Assembly: GCA_964493485.1 (NCBI GenBank)
Contig: CAZBMQ010000005.1
Span: 3,832 to 67,831 of the forward strand
Length of the DNA: 64,000 bases
DNA from: an uncultured Candidatus Saccharibacteria bacterium
Lineage (GTDB): Bacteria > Patescibacteriota > Minisyncoccia > Minisyncoccales > JANBVM01
Direction: 5' to 3'
Below, piece by piece: positions 25,350-34,449 of the stretch. A model generated the notes under the pieces. That model saw only the letters and a program-made list of their open reading frames with translations. It did not search any database and was not told where the DNA came from. Position numbers and translations under genes: made by a program. Positions within the stretch are counted from its first letter, which is position 1. Every line of letters starts with the position of its first letter.

Positions 25350-26534
25350 ATGAAGAATATAAAAATCAATATAAAGCATATCTTAAAAAACCACGCCTAC
25401 AGAAATATTCCGCTTAGCTTCGATGAAGCCTATAGTTTAGGGGAATATGTATTAGAAGGTTGCAAAGGAAATAAGCTTGCTCAAATACAAAGTATTGCTG
25501 CTCTATGCGCATTACATACTAAAGCAACTTATAGTTGGGAAGAGAATAAGAATCGTGAAAAAGAACATAATGACAATCACAGTCTTCCAAAAAATGCGGC
25601 AGAGCAAATTGCTGGAATATGTGCTGCAGTTTTTGAACATGATATTGCAGTCTCTGAGTTTGGTTTTCTAAATCCGAATGTCCCTTATGCAATAGATAAT
25701 TGTGGTATGGGAGGTGACTTAATCATCACCGCAAATATCAGTACTATAGCAGCATTTATAGCAGCATCGGCTGGTATCCCAATGTGCAAGCATGGCTCTC
25801 CTGCTAATGCAGATGAAGGTAAATACGGAAGTTCTGATTTTCTTTCAATAATATGTGGAATCAATACATATGCCACAAAAAAGGAAATTGAAAACTGTGT
25901 AGAGATATATAATTTTGGGTATACAGAAGCGCTTGACACTCGTTATAAACAAATTCACATACAGACTCATAGAGTTGCTATGTTACCTCATATGAACGAT
26001 ATAATAGGTCCGATGACTAATCCTCTAAATCCACAAAAAATGACTCGAAGAGTTTTAGGTGTTAATCACCTTATCTCTCCGAGAATTATAGCTGAAGCTT
26101 ATATCATTCTTAACAAAAAAAGAATTACTCATCTTAAACATGGTCTTTTCATTAGAGGATTTGTAGATAATGCACGAGTCAAAGGAATAGATGAACTCTC
26201 TATTTGTTCGAGTGGTACCCAAGTGGCTGAACTGAAAGATAATAAAATTCAAGAATATAATCTGTTTGCTAGGGATTTTGGAATTCAACCTATACCTAGT
26301 TATATGGTTTCCCCAGTTGGAGATAAAGGTCAGTACTCTCTGAAAATTTTAAAAGGGGAAATCAAAGGACCAAGACTTGAGTTGATACTCGCTAATGCTG
26401 CAATAATTTTCTATCTGGCTGAAAAATCAGAGAACTTTAAAGAGTGCTATAGTATGGCGAAAGAAACTATGCTAAGCGGAAAGCCATATAAGACAATGCT
26501 TTCAGTAAAAAGATTATTATCCCGAAAAAAATAA
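25350..26534 (+). CDS. Anthranilate phosphoribosyltransferase-like (glycosyltransferase family 3, TrpD/TrpD2-like) protein
   Basis: CGMGGD..ITANISTIAAFIAASAGIPMCKHGS...GSSDFL parallels TrpD GTGGD..T.NIST..A.V.A.AG..VAKHGNR...GSADVL but is divergent. The start is set at ATG 25350, after AAGGTGA. Confidence 0.65.
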   Translation: MKNIKINIKHILKNHAYRNIPLSFDEAYSLGEYVLEGCKGNKLAQIQSIAALCALHTKATYSWEENKNREKEHNDNHSLPKNAAEQIAGICAAVFEHDIAVSEFGFLNPNVPYAIDNCGMGGDLIITANISTIAAFIAASAGIPMCKHGSPANADEGKYGSSDFLSIICGINTYATKKEIENCVEIYNFGYTEALDTRYKQIHIQTHRVAMLPHMNDIIGPMTNPLNPQKMTRRVLGVNHLISPRIIAEAYIILNKKRITHLKHGLFIRGFVDNARVKGIDELSICSSGTQVAELKDNKIQEYNLFARDFGIQPIPSYMVSPVGDKGQYSLKILKGEIKGPRLELILANAAIIFYLAEKSENFKECYSMAKETMLSGKPYKTMLSVKRLLSRKK

Positions 26535-26539
26535 ATAAA

Positions 26540-26578
26540 AGAGGATATTCTCAAATAATTTTATCCTCTATTTTTTTT
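26540..26578 (+). terminator. Intrinsic terminator
   Basis: AGAGGATA (26540-26547) pairs with TATCCTCT (26562-26569) and is followed by a T8 run. Confidence 0.7.
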
Positions 26579-26615
26579 AGACTCTGAAAACTCATTATTA
26601 CTATACATAGGTTAA

Positions 26616-26643
26616 TTGACATCTAAATGAATTCTATTATACT
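26616..26643 (+). promoter_or_regulatory. Sigma70-type promoter
   Basis: TTGACA 26616-26621, a 16-nt spacer, then TATACT 26638-26643. Confidence 0.6.
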
Positions 26644-26676
26644 GATTTTAGTACTTATAAAAAATAGAGGATAAAG

Positions 26677-27366
26677 ATGGAATATCTTAAAAGAAAAGAA
26701 AAACTACTAAGAATAAATAATTATGATATAATATTAATTGATAAGCCTAAGGATACCCTTGATATAAATAATAACACACATTTTATTAATCAGTTAAGAA
26801 TACTTGCAGCAAATGGTTTCGGTGTAAAAATAGAAAATAAAAGTATAGAAGGAATCTATAAGCACGTTATTGAGGTAGACTCATTGATAATTTGTTATCT
26901 TGAAGCAAAGCCTATAGCCTTTGCTTCTGCGAAAATCATAAAAAAAGAAAATATTATATTTCTTTGTGGAATTGTTGTAAATAAAAAAAATCAAAAAAAG
27001 GGAATTGCCACACTTTTAATGGAAACCCTATATAATCATCATAAAAAACCTATGATAGCTCTTACTACACAGAATCCTGTAATGTACGACTTTCTAAGAA
27101 AATTCTGTAAAGAAATTTTCCCATCTCCGAAACAAAACAAAATACCGAAAGATCTCCAAAAAATAGGCTATAAGTTGATAAAAGACCGTAATGGGATTTT
27201 TAATCCAGACACATTTATAATAAGAAACCTTTATCCAAAGTGCCGTTATGAAAAAATCCCTCAATCTAAAAACCTAGAGATAAATCAATGGTTCGATAAA
27301 TGTCTCAGGATTCGTAATAGAACCTCGAAAGATGGAATTTTGTTAATTGGCAAAGTAAAAGATTAA
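26677..27366 (+). CDS. GNAT-family N-acetyltransferase-like protein
   Basis: Motif-A-like VVNKKNQKKGIATLLME (Q/R..G.G/A). It is a monocistronic unit with its own promoter and terminator. Confidence 0.5.
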   Translation: MEYLKRKEKLLRINNYDIILIDKPKDTLDINNNTHFINQLRILAANGFGVKIENKSIEGIYKHVIEVDSLIICYLEAKPIAFASAKIIKKENIIFLCGIVVNKKNQKKGIATLLMETLYNHHKKPMIALTTQNPVMYDFLRKFCKEIFPSPKQNKIPKDLQKIGYKLIKDRNGIFNPDTFIIRNLYPKCRYEKIPQSKNLEINQWFDKCLRIRNRTSKDGILLIGKVKD

Positions 27367-27371
27367 CACTT

Positions 27372-27399
27372 GGACGAGAGGAGCTCGTCCCCTTTTTTT
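27372..27399 (+). terminator. Intrinsic terminator
   Basis: GGACGAG-AGGAG-CTCGTCC followed by CCTTTTTTT. Confidence 0.75.
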
Positions 27400-27541
27400 A
27401 TATTGATATTACTATTATTGTCTGTGATCCTAGAAATCCAGAACTAGTCAATGACAAACCTCAAAAAAGAAATAATTAGTATTAAAAAAATTAAAAAATA
27501 TTTGAATCTTTTGGAGAATATTATGTATAAATCCTGCAACT

Positions 27542-28366
27542 ATGAACAAGCTCAAAGAAATCTTCAAAAGAGATAAAAATATCATAATAGGAGTCATTCA
27601 TTTTCCGCCTCTTTTAGGATATAAAGATTTTCCCGGTTTTAATATTGCTTTAAAAAATGCTTTAAAGGATTTAGATGCTTTTAAAAAGGGCGGGGTAGAT
27701 GGAATCATTTTTGAAAATAATTATGATATTCCTCATAAAGTATTTGTAGACCCTGAAATAGTTGCCTCTATGACCTTTCTCATACAAGAAATTCTGAAGC
27801 GAAAAAGTATAAAGATGCCTTTTGGAATTAGTGTGCTTTGGAACGATTACAAAGCAGCTCTTTCCATTGCTAAAATTTGTAGAGCTGATTTTGTTCGAAT
27901 ATCTGTATTTGTAGATAGTGTAAAAACCCAATATGGGAAGATTTTTGCAGAGCCAAAAAAAGTTCTTTCTTTTGGAAAAAGAATTAAGGCTCAAAAAATA
28001 GCTTTATTCACTGACATCCATGTAAAACATGCGAAAATGATAGAAAAGAAAACAATTACTCAATCAGCAAAAGAAGCAAAAAAGAAAGGAGCAGATTGTA
28101 TAATTATTACAGGAAAATGGACTGGAAATGCACCTGATATTTCTAAATTAAAGGAAGCCAGAAAAGCTGTAGGTAAAAATTTTCCTATCTTAGTTGGTAG
28201 TGGAGCAAATAAAAACAATATAAAATCTCTCTTGCAATACGCCAATGGAATAATTGTAAGCACATCTTTAAAAAGAGGAGCTCCCAAAAGGGGAGAAGTG
28301 AATATTAAATCATACAACCAAAGAATTGACGAAAAAAAAGTAAAGAATTTAATAAAACAGCTATAA
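27542..28366 (+). CDS. BtpA/SgcQ-family TIM-barrel protein
   Basis: IIGVIHFPPLLGY....F.G......A..D...........DGIIFEN..D.P is the BtpA-family N-terminal pattern. 274 aa. Confidence 0.65.
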   Translation: MNKLKEIFKRDKNIIIGVIHFPPLLGYKDFPGFNIALKNALKDLDAFKKGGVDGIIFENNYDIPHKVFVDPEIVASMTFLIQEILKRKSIKMPFGISVLWNDYKAALSIAKICRADFVRISVFVDSVKTQYGKIFAEPKKVLSFGKRIKAQKIALFTDIHVKHAKMIEKKTITQSAKEAKKKGADCIIITGKWTGNAPDISKLKEARKAVGKNFPILVGSGANKNNIKSLLQYANGIIVSTSLKRGAPKRGEVNIKSYNQRIDEKKVKNLIKQL

Positions 28367-28407
28367 GCTTGGAGCCTCTTAATGAAAACAATTAATAATG
28401 CTTTTTT

Positions 28408-28854
28408 ATGACCAAAAAAATTATTCAAAAAATAGTTTTAGGAGGAGTTATTTTTAAAGATAATAAAATTTTAATTTTACAACGAAGCGAGGATGAAAAA
28501 ATCTTTCCAGGACTCTGGGAGCTTCCAAGCGGAAAAAAGGAACTTCTGGAATCATCAAAAGAATGTTTGAGACGAGAGATCGAAGAAGAAACAAGGCTTA
28601 AAAACATAGAAATAATAATGCCTTTTGCTGTATTTGATTATCAAATTGAAAAAGAAAATGAAATTAAAGATTCTACTCAGATAAATTTTTTAATTAAACT
28701 AAGAGGAAATGAAAATGTTAAATTGAGCAAAGAGCATCAAGATTTTGCCTGGATTGAAAAAAAAGATATTGAAAAATATAAATTATCAAAAAACATTAAA
28801 AAAGTTATTCAAAAAGCCTTTGAGTTAATCGAACGACTTAATGAAAAAACTTAA
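28408..28854 (+). CDS. NUDIX hydrolase
   Basis: Nudix box GLWELPSGKKELLESSKECLRREIEEETRL (GX5EX7REUXEEXGU). Confidence 0.8.
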   Translation: MTKKIIQKIVLGGVIFKDNKILILQRSEDEKIFPGLWELPSGKKELLESSKECLRREIEEETRLKNIEIIMPFAVFDYQIEKENEIKDSTQINFLIKLRGNENVKLSKEHQDFAWIEKKDIEKYKLSKNIKKVIQKAFELIERLNEKT

Positions 28855-28873
28855 CAATTAATAATGTTTAGAT

Positions 28874-30086
28874 ATGAAAATCATTACTGATTCTAAAAAA
28901 ATAAATGAGTTGTTAACCAGGGGAGTTGACAAAATTATTGAGAAAAAGAGTTTAATAAAGAAATTGAAATCTGGAAAAAGATTAAGAATCAAATATAAGA
29001 ATCAAATACGGAATCGATCCTACAGGCCCAAAGATTCATATAGGAAGAGCAATTTCACTTTGGAAGCTTAAAGCATTCCAAGAACTGGGACATAAAATTA
29101 TTCTTATCATTGGTGATTTTACTGCTCAAATCGGCGATGCCTCTGATAAAACCTCGACGAGGAAACCTTTATCTGAAAAGGAGATAAAGAAAAACATAAA
29201 AGATTATTCAAGACAGATTGGAAAGATTTTAGATATGAAAAAAGTCGAACTTCATTACAATAGTGAATGGTTAAATAAATTAAGTGCAAAAGATCTACTC
29301 TCAATCTCAATGAAATTTACTGCTCAGCAAATGATTCAGAGAAGAAATTTTAAAGAAAGATGGGATGCAGAAAAACCTATAGGCATACATGAATTAGATT
29401 ACCCTTTGCTTCAAGGCTATGATTCAGTGGTTGTTAAGGCTGATATTGAAATTGGAGGATTTGATCAATTGTTTAATTTAATAATTGGCCGAGAAATTCA
29501 AAAAATATTTGGTCAACCACCTCAGGATATCATAACCTTTAAAATGCTTCCTGGATTAGATGGTAGAAAAATGTCAACTAGTTGGGGAAATACAGTATCG
29601 ATTATTGACGAACCAAATAATATGTATGGAAAAATAATGTCATTAAAAGATGAATTAATTCCTTTATATTTTGAACTCTGCACTCCATTAGCATTAAAAG
29701 AACTTAAAGAAATTAAAAGAGATTTAGAAAAGAAAAAAGTAAATCCAAGAGAACTGAAGGCAAAATTAGCTTACGAAATTGTGGCTTTATATCATGGAAA
29801 AGAAAAAGCCAAAAAAGCAGAAGAGGAATTCAATAGAATATTCAAAGAGAAAAAACCTCCAAAGAAGATACCTGTTTTCCTCACCTCAAAGAAGATTTAT
29901 CCACTTCTTGATTTATTGGTAGATGCAAGTCTAGTTCCTTCAAAAAGTGAAGCCAAAAGAATTGTTTTACAAAAAGGAGTAAAGATTAGTGGAAAAAGAG
30001 AAACCAACTGGAAAAACACAATCCAACTTAAAAATGGAATGGTTATTCGGGTTGGAAAACGAAAATTTGTTAAGATTAAAATTTAA
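28874..30086 (+). pseudogene. tyrS: Tyrosine--tRNA ligase interrupted by a 13-nt tandem duplication (frameshift)
   Basis: The N-terminal 41 codons are in frame 2, and the remainder is in frame 0 (open 28986-30086): GIDPTGPKIHIGR (HIGH), KMSTS, and a C-terminal S4-like domain. AAGAATCAAATAT (28984-28996) is immediately repeated as AAGAATCAAATAC (28997-29009). Removing one copy restores RLRIKYGIDPTGP. Confidence 0.8.
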
Positions 30087-30148
30087 AAAGAGAAAACACA
30101 CTACTACCATCTGTACTATTACTATTTCCTGTAAAACTCCCGCAAGTA

Positions 30149-30177
30149 TTGACAAAGGAGTAGTTTTAAGATATATA
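30149..30177 (+). promoter_or_regulatory. Sigma70-type promoter of the second T-box leader
   Basis: TTGACA 30149-30154, a 17-nt spacer, then TATATA 30172-30177. Confidence 0.65.
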
Positions 30178-30183
30178 TAAAAT

Positions 30184-30446
30184 TAGTAAAGGACATTAAA
30201 ACTTTAAAGCGTTGACCGGAGTCGCGATCCGGAACAGTCGTTTCAAAACAAAAACGACGACGCAGCCGCTCAAAATAGCGGACGGGAAAGGCCCGTAACA
30301 GCCGGAGGCTTTTAATATCTCATAGAGATAGAGAAAGTCATAGAGCCACGCTTAGGTGACTAAGTGCGGGAAGAAGGGTGGTACCGCGTTAATTAAAAAC
30401 GCCCCTTCAAGTTCTGAAGAAATTCGGAAAATGAAGGGGCGTTTTA
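30184..30446 (+). promoter_or_regulatory. T-box riboswitch leader upstream of argH-argG (probable Arg specificity)
   Basis: The T-box core GAAGGGUGGUACCGCG is at 30373-30388. The terminator is ACGCCCCTTCA (30399-30409) pairing with TGAAGGGGCGT (30432-30442), followed by TTTT. Arg codons CGA CGA CGC-A lie at 30255-30264 in the upstream structured region. Confidence 0.8.
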
Positions 30447-30464
30447 TTTAACCAAACAAAAATT

Positions 30465-31973
30465 ATGAAAAAAATCAACAAACTTTGGGGCACAGCTTTT
30501 AAGAAAGCTCCTAAAGAATCTACAATTAAATTTACAGCTGGCAGAGACGTGTATTCAAAGAATCCCGCAGATTATAATTTAATTCCATATGACATATGGG
30601 GAAATAAAGCGCATTGTGTAATGCTTTATAAACAAGGATTGATTAACAAAAAAGATGCAAAAGTAATCTTGAAAGGATTAAAAGAAATAGAAAGCCTTTG
30701 GAAAAAAGGTAAGTTCCAGCTGGATCCTTCAAAAGAAGATGTTCATACGAATATCGAGTCTTGGATTATCAAAAAATATGGAATAGATAATGCAGGAAAA
30801 CTGCATACAGCTAGATCTAGAAATGATCAAAGCAGTTTAGATATCAAACTCTATCTAAGAGATAAGGTTTTGGCTTTTCTAAAAGCAAATATCTCTTTGA
30901 TAAAAACCTTGTTGGCAAAAGAGAAAAAATATAAAGATCTTGTAATGCCCGGGTTTACGCATCACCAGCATGCAATGGTTACCAGTTTTAATCACACATT
31001 AATGGCTTTCGCTTCGATGCTTCTCAGAGACAACAAGAGATTCGAAAATTGGTTTAATCTGCACAATTTTAATCCTTTGGGAAGTATAGCTGCTTATGGT
31101 ACAAGTTTTTCTATTGATAAAAAGCTTACTGCAAAATTCTTTGGATTTTACGGTCTAGAGGAAAATTCATTAGATACAATTACCAATAAATGGGAGGCTG
31201 AATCAGATTTAGCTTTTGCAATAACAGTTTTAATAAACCATTTATCTCTTATAGCCCAGACATTCATAATTTTTTCTACTCCAGAATTTAGCTTTGTTCA
31301 ATTAGACGAAAAATACTCTACAGGCAGTTCAATAATGCCACAAAAGAAAAATCCTGACCCTTTGGAGGTTATAAAAGCTAAAGCCAGTTTTGCGTCTGGA
31401 ATACTGCAGAGTTTAGTAGGAATTGGAAAAGGAAATTTTATAGGCTACAACAGAGATTCTCAATGGTCAAAATATTTCATTATGGATTTAGTAGAGGAGT
31501 GTATAACTGCTCCTGAGATTCTCAAGGAAATTGTAGAAACCTTGATAATCAATAAAAACAAAATGAAAGAATGGGCGCAAAAAAGTTTTATCGGAGCTAC
31601 AAGTGTAGTTGAACAGCTAGTGTCCAATCATCGAATTCCCTTCAGAAAAGCAAAAGTGATTGTGGAAAAAGCAATCAAATATTCTCAAGACAAAGATAAG
31701 ATAACTTATCAGGCTCTGCTAAAAGCCTTAAACCAAGAAAAATCCAAAGTAAAAATAAAAAAGAATGAGATTACAAAATGGCAAGATCCAGAATGGATTA
31801 TTAAACAACTTAAATCTCACGGTGGACCGGGCTTTAAAAGTATGAAAGAAATGAAAAAAAACATTACAGGAAAGTTGCGTTTCCAAGAAAAATTCTTGTC
31901 TGAAAAGAAAAAGAAAATAAAAAAAGCTTATGAACTACTAAATAAAGAAATTAATAAAATATTAAATATATAA
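30465..31973 (+). CDS. argH: Argininosuccinate lyase
   Basis: It carries the fumarate-lyase signature GSSIMPQKKNPD, an N-terminal KLWG..F, and TARSRNDQ. At 502 aa it has a lysine-rich C-terminal extension. Confidence 0.85.
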   Translation: MKKINKLWGTAFKKAPKESTIKFTAGRDVYSKNPADYNLIPYDIWGNKAHCVMLYKQGLINKKDAKVILKGLKEIESLWKKGKFQLDPSKEDVHTNIESWIIKKYGIDNAGKLHTARSRNDQSSLDIKLYLRDKVLAFLKANISLIKTLLAKEKKYKDLVMPGFTHHQHAMVTSFNHTLMAFASMLLRDNKRFENWFNLHNFNPLGSIAAYGTSFSIDKKLTAKFFGFYGLEENSLDTITNKWEAESDLAFAITVLINHLSLIAQTFIIFSTPEFSFVQLDEKYSTGSSIMPQKKNPDPLEVIKAKASFASGILQSLVGIGKGNFIGYNRDSQWSKYFIMDLVEECITAPEILKEIVETLIINKNKMKEWAQKSFIGATSVVEQLVSNHRIPFRKAKVIVEKAIKYSQDKDKITYQALLKALNQEKSKVKIKKNEITKWQDPEWIIKQLKSHGGPGFKSMKEMKKNITGKLRFQEKFLSEKKKKIKKAYELLNKEINKILNI

Positions 31974-31975
31974 CT

Positions 31976-33262
31976 ATGAAAACCAATATCTTCAAAAAAT
32001 CAAAATATATAAAGGTAGCCTCGCATGAGGCAAAAAAAGGAAAAATTAAAAAAGTTGTGCTTTTGTATTCCGGAGGACTAGATACTTCCTGTATGTTAAA
32101 GTGGATCCAAGACGAATATAAATGCGAGCTAATAACTTTAACTATTGACTTAGGGCAGCAATTAGACAATCTCCTTGACATAAAAAAGAAGGCTTTAAAG
32201 CTTGGAGCCGAAAAAGCCTATGTTTTGGATTGCAAAGATGAGTTTGCTGAACAATATATTGCAAAAGCCATCAAGGCTAATGGGTCATATCAAGGAGATT
32301 ATCACTTAAGCACTCCGCTTGGAAGACCTCTGCTTGCCAAAAAAGCAGTAGAAATTGCTCATAAAGAAGGAGCAGATGCAATAGCTCATGGATGTACTGG
32401 AAAAGGCAATGACCAGGTCAGAATTGAAGCCACAGCTTTATGCTATGACCCAAATATAAAAATAATAGCACCAGTCAGAGAGTGGGGGATGGGTAGAGAC
32501 GAAGAAATAAAATATGCAAAAAAACATAATATACCAATCCCAAAAGCATTGGATAAAACCCAAGAATGCCCTTATAGTGTTGACGATAATATGTGGGGAG
32601 TAACTTGGGAAGGAGGGGAAATAGAAGACCCAAAGCTTGAGCCAAAGTTAGATAAAATTTTAAGAGTTTGTACACTGCCTGAAAAAGCTCCTGATAAAAA
32701 AGAATATGTTGAATTATATTTTGAAAAAGGAATACCTACTCACTTAAATGGAAAGAAAATGAAACTGGCTGATTTGATAATGAAACTCAATAAAATTGCT
32801 GGCAAACATGGGGTAGGGTATACCATTTTGATTGAAGATAGATTGGTCGGTCTCAAGGTTAGAGGAGTATATGAATTGCCTGGGGCTCATGTTATCACTC
32901 TCGCACACTATAATCTAGAAAAGCTGGTTTCAACACAAGAAGAAAATGCATTTAAGGAAATAATTGACTCCAAATGGGCATATCTATGTTATAGCGCCAA
33001 GTGGCTTGAGCCTACTTTAAGCCATCTTAACGCGTATATCGATGATATGAATCAAAAGGTGACAGGGAAAGTAAAAATAAGTCTTTACAAGGGAAAAGCT
33101 GAAGTAGTCTCTGTTGAAAGCCCCTATTCATTGTTTGACAAAGATTTGGCTACATTTAAAAAGAATCCTAAATTTAATCAGAATTCAAGCCCAGGTTTTA
33201 TTGAAATTTATAGTTTAGGAATGAAAACTGCTCATCAGATAAAACATATCCCAAAAGATTAG
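31976..33262 (+). CDS. argG: Argininosuccinate synthase
   Basis: PP-loop VVLLYSGGLDTS, AHGCTGKGNDQVR, and STPLGR motifs. Confidence 0.9.
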   Translation: MKTNIFKKSKYIKVASHEAKKGKIKKVVLLYSGGLDTSCMLKWIQDEYKCELITLTIDLGQQLDNLLDIKKKALKLGAEKAYVLDCKDEFAEQYIAKAIKANGSYQGDYHLSTPLGRPLLAKKAVEIAHKEGADAIAHGCTGKGNDQVRIEATALCYDPNIKIIAPVREWGMGRDEEIKYAKKHNIPIPKALDKTQECPYSVDDNMWGVTWEGGEIEDPKLEPKLDKILRVCTLPEKAPDKKEYVELYFEKGIPTHLNGKKMKLADLIMKLNKIAGKHGVGYTILIEDRLVGLKVRGVYELPGAHVITLAHYNLEKLVSTQEENAFKEIIDSKWAYLCYSAKWLEPTLSHLNAYIDDMNQKVTGKVKISLYKGKAEVVSVESPYSLFDKDLATFKKNPKFNQNSSPGFIEIYSLGMKTAHQIKHIPKD

Positions 33263-33288
33263 TTTGATTCATTAAGGAAGGATGCAAT

Positions 33289-33321
33289 TAAAAAAATGAG
33301 TGTTAAAACACTCATTTAGTT
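33289..33321. terminator. Bidirectional terminator between argG and the convergent radical-SAM-like gene
   Basis: ATGAGTGT (33296-33303) pairs with ACACTCAT (33308-33315). The stem is flanked by an A-run and T-rich sequence. Confidence 0.65.
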
Positions 33322-34449
33322 TTACATTGTCTTTTCAAATATTTTTATTGCTTCGATTATTCTTTGTTTTTCTTCAGAATCTGGTAATTTCTCTGGAGCA
33401 AAACGTATAGTTGCTATCGCATAAGCAGGACAACAGCCAATTTTAATAGCTGTGGCTTTGATCCATTTAAATAATGCTCTTTTTTGTCTATCAATTATAA
33501 CTTCTCCTTTCAGGATTTTTCCTATAGGTAAACCCGGGATAAAAATACATGGATTGACGGGAGAATTATCTTTCAAAGAAATAATAGAAAATTCATCTCC
33601 AGCCACACAATAACCTTTTAGCTTTTCAGGCTTTAGATATTGACTTCCGATTGGTCCGTCTCTTTGGATATAAAAGTCATCTTTCGAATATTTTTTCCGA
33701 GCTTGAATAATCTGATGAGTGGCTACTGACAATTCATCTAAAGAGGCTACTAAATCACATAAATCATGTGAGGTAGGGATAACAGTTAAGAATCTAACAC
33801 GATCTGCTTTATATACTGTATAAACATAGTCACACATTTCAAATATTTTATTATAATTTTCAGCTGTCACTGTCACAGTAGCAGTTGTCTCAAATGCCCT
33901 TTCCGGATTTCTTAAATTATATTTTCTTATCTCATCAAAGGCCACTTCTATAATTTCCTTTGGTGTTAAATTAAGAATTTCAGGCGACTTTGTGATATTC
34001 GCAGTGATAACAATTCCCTTTATACCAACTTCTGCAATTTCATCTAATATCTCACAACCTCTCTCAGCAATTATGATCCCATTAGTATTTATGTATCCGT
34101 GATTAAGAATATCAACTATCTCCTTCCAATTTGGTGCTAACAGTAATTCACTCGTAATCGGGAAAAATATATTATTATAACCACTACTCTTAAGTTGTTT
34201 AGCAATCTTTATAATATCGGTAGATTCAACAACTGGATACTTTGCGATATCAATCCATTTGTATGCTGCTTTATAGTAACAATGAGTGCACAAATTATGG
34301 TTACAAGTTGGTACTTCCCCGAATGGAGTGAAAAATAAAGAAATACCAGGATTATTCTTATCTATCATGGATAATTTTTTTTGTGATCCAGGGATTTTTT
34401 GTGAGGAACTATCCTTCATTCTTCGATTGCTTCTCATTTTCATTGCCAC
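33322..34449 (-). CDS. Radical-SAM-like TIM-barrel protein with atypical CX4CX2C cluster
   Basis: SLFFTPFGEVPTCNHNLCTHCYY, followed by elements like ...ITSELLL... and NTNG that parallel the radical SAM core (CxxxCxxC, GGEPLL, TNG). The first Cys spacing is 4, not 3. The true start is uncertain (34449 or ATG 34368). Confidence 0.45.
   Translation of the reverse strand: MAMKMRSNRRMKDSSSQKIPGSQKKLSMIDKNNPGISLFFTPFGEVPTCNHNLCTHCYYKAAYKWIDIAKYPVVESTDIIKIAKQLKSSGYNNIFFPITSELLLAPNWKEIVDILNHGYINTNGIIIAERGCEILDEIAEVGIKGIVITANITKSPEILNLTPKEIIEVAFDEIRKYNLRNPERAFETTATVTVTAENYNKIFEMCDYVYTVYKADRVRFLTVIPTSHDLCDLVASLDELSVATHQIIQARKKYSKDDFYIQRDGPIGSQYLKPEKLKGYCVAGDEFSIISLKDNSPVNPCIFIPGLPIGKILKGEVIIDRQKRALFKWIKATAIKIGCCPAYAIATIRFAPEKLPDSEEKQRIIEAIKIFEKTM

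Noticed and set aside
22591-27400. Apparent GC/codon-usage shift of the Trp module suggesting horizontal acquisition
   Set aside because: Spot counts of single 60-nt lines gave about 42% GC in trpS and about 32% in a typical neighbouring gene. This is far too little sampling, and highly conserved enzymes are often GC-richer. It needs a proper sliding-window GC and codon analysis before any claim is made.
28925-28932. TTGACA hexamers inside coding regions (for example in tyrS at about 28927 and argG at about 33131) as internal promoters
   Set aside because: No suitably spaced -10 element is present and there is no downstream unit to express. These are expected by chance in an AT-rich sequence.
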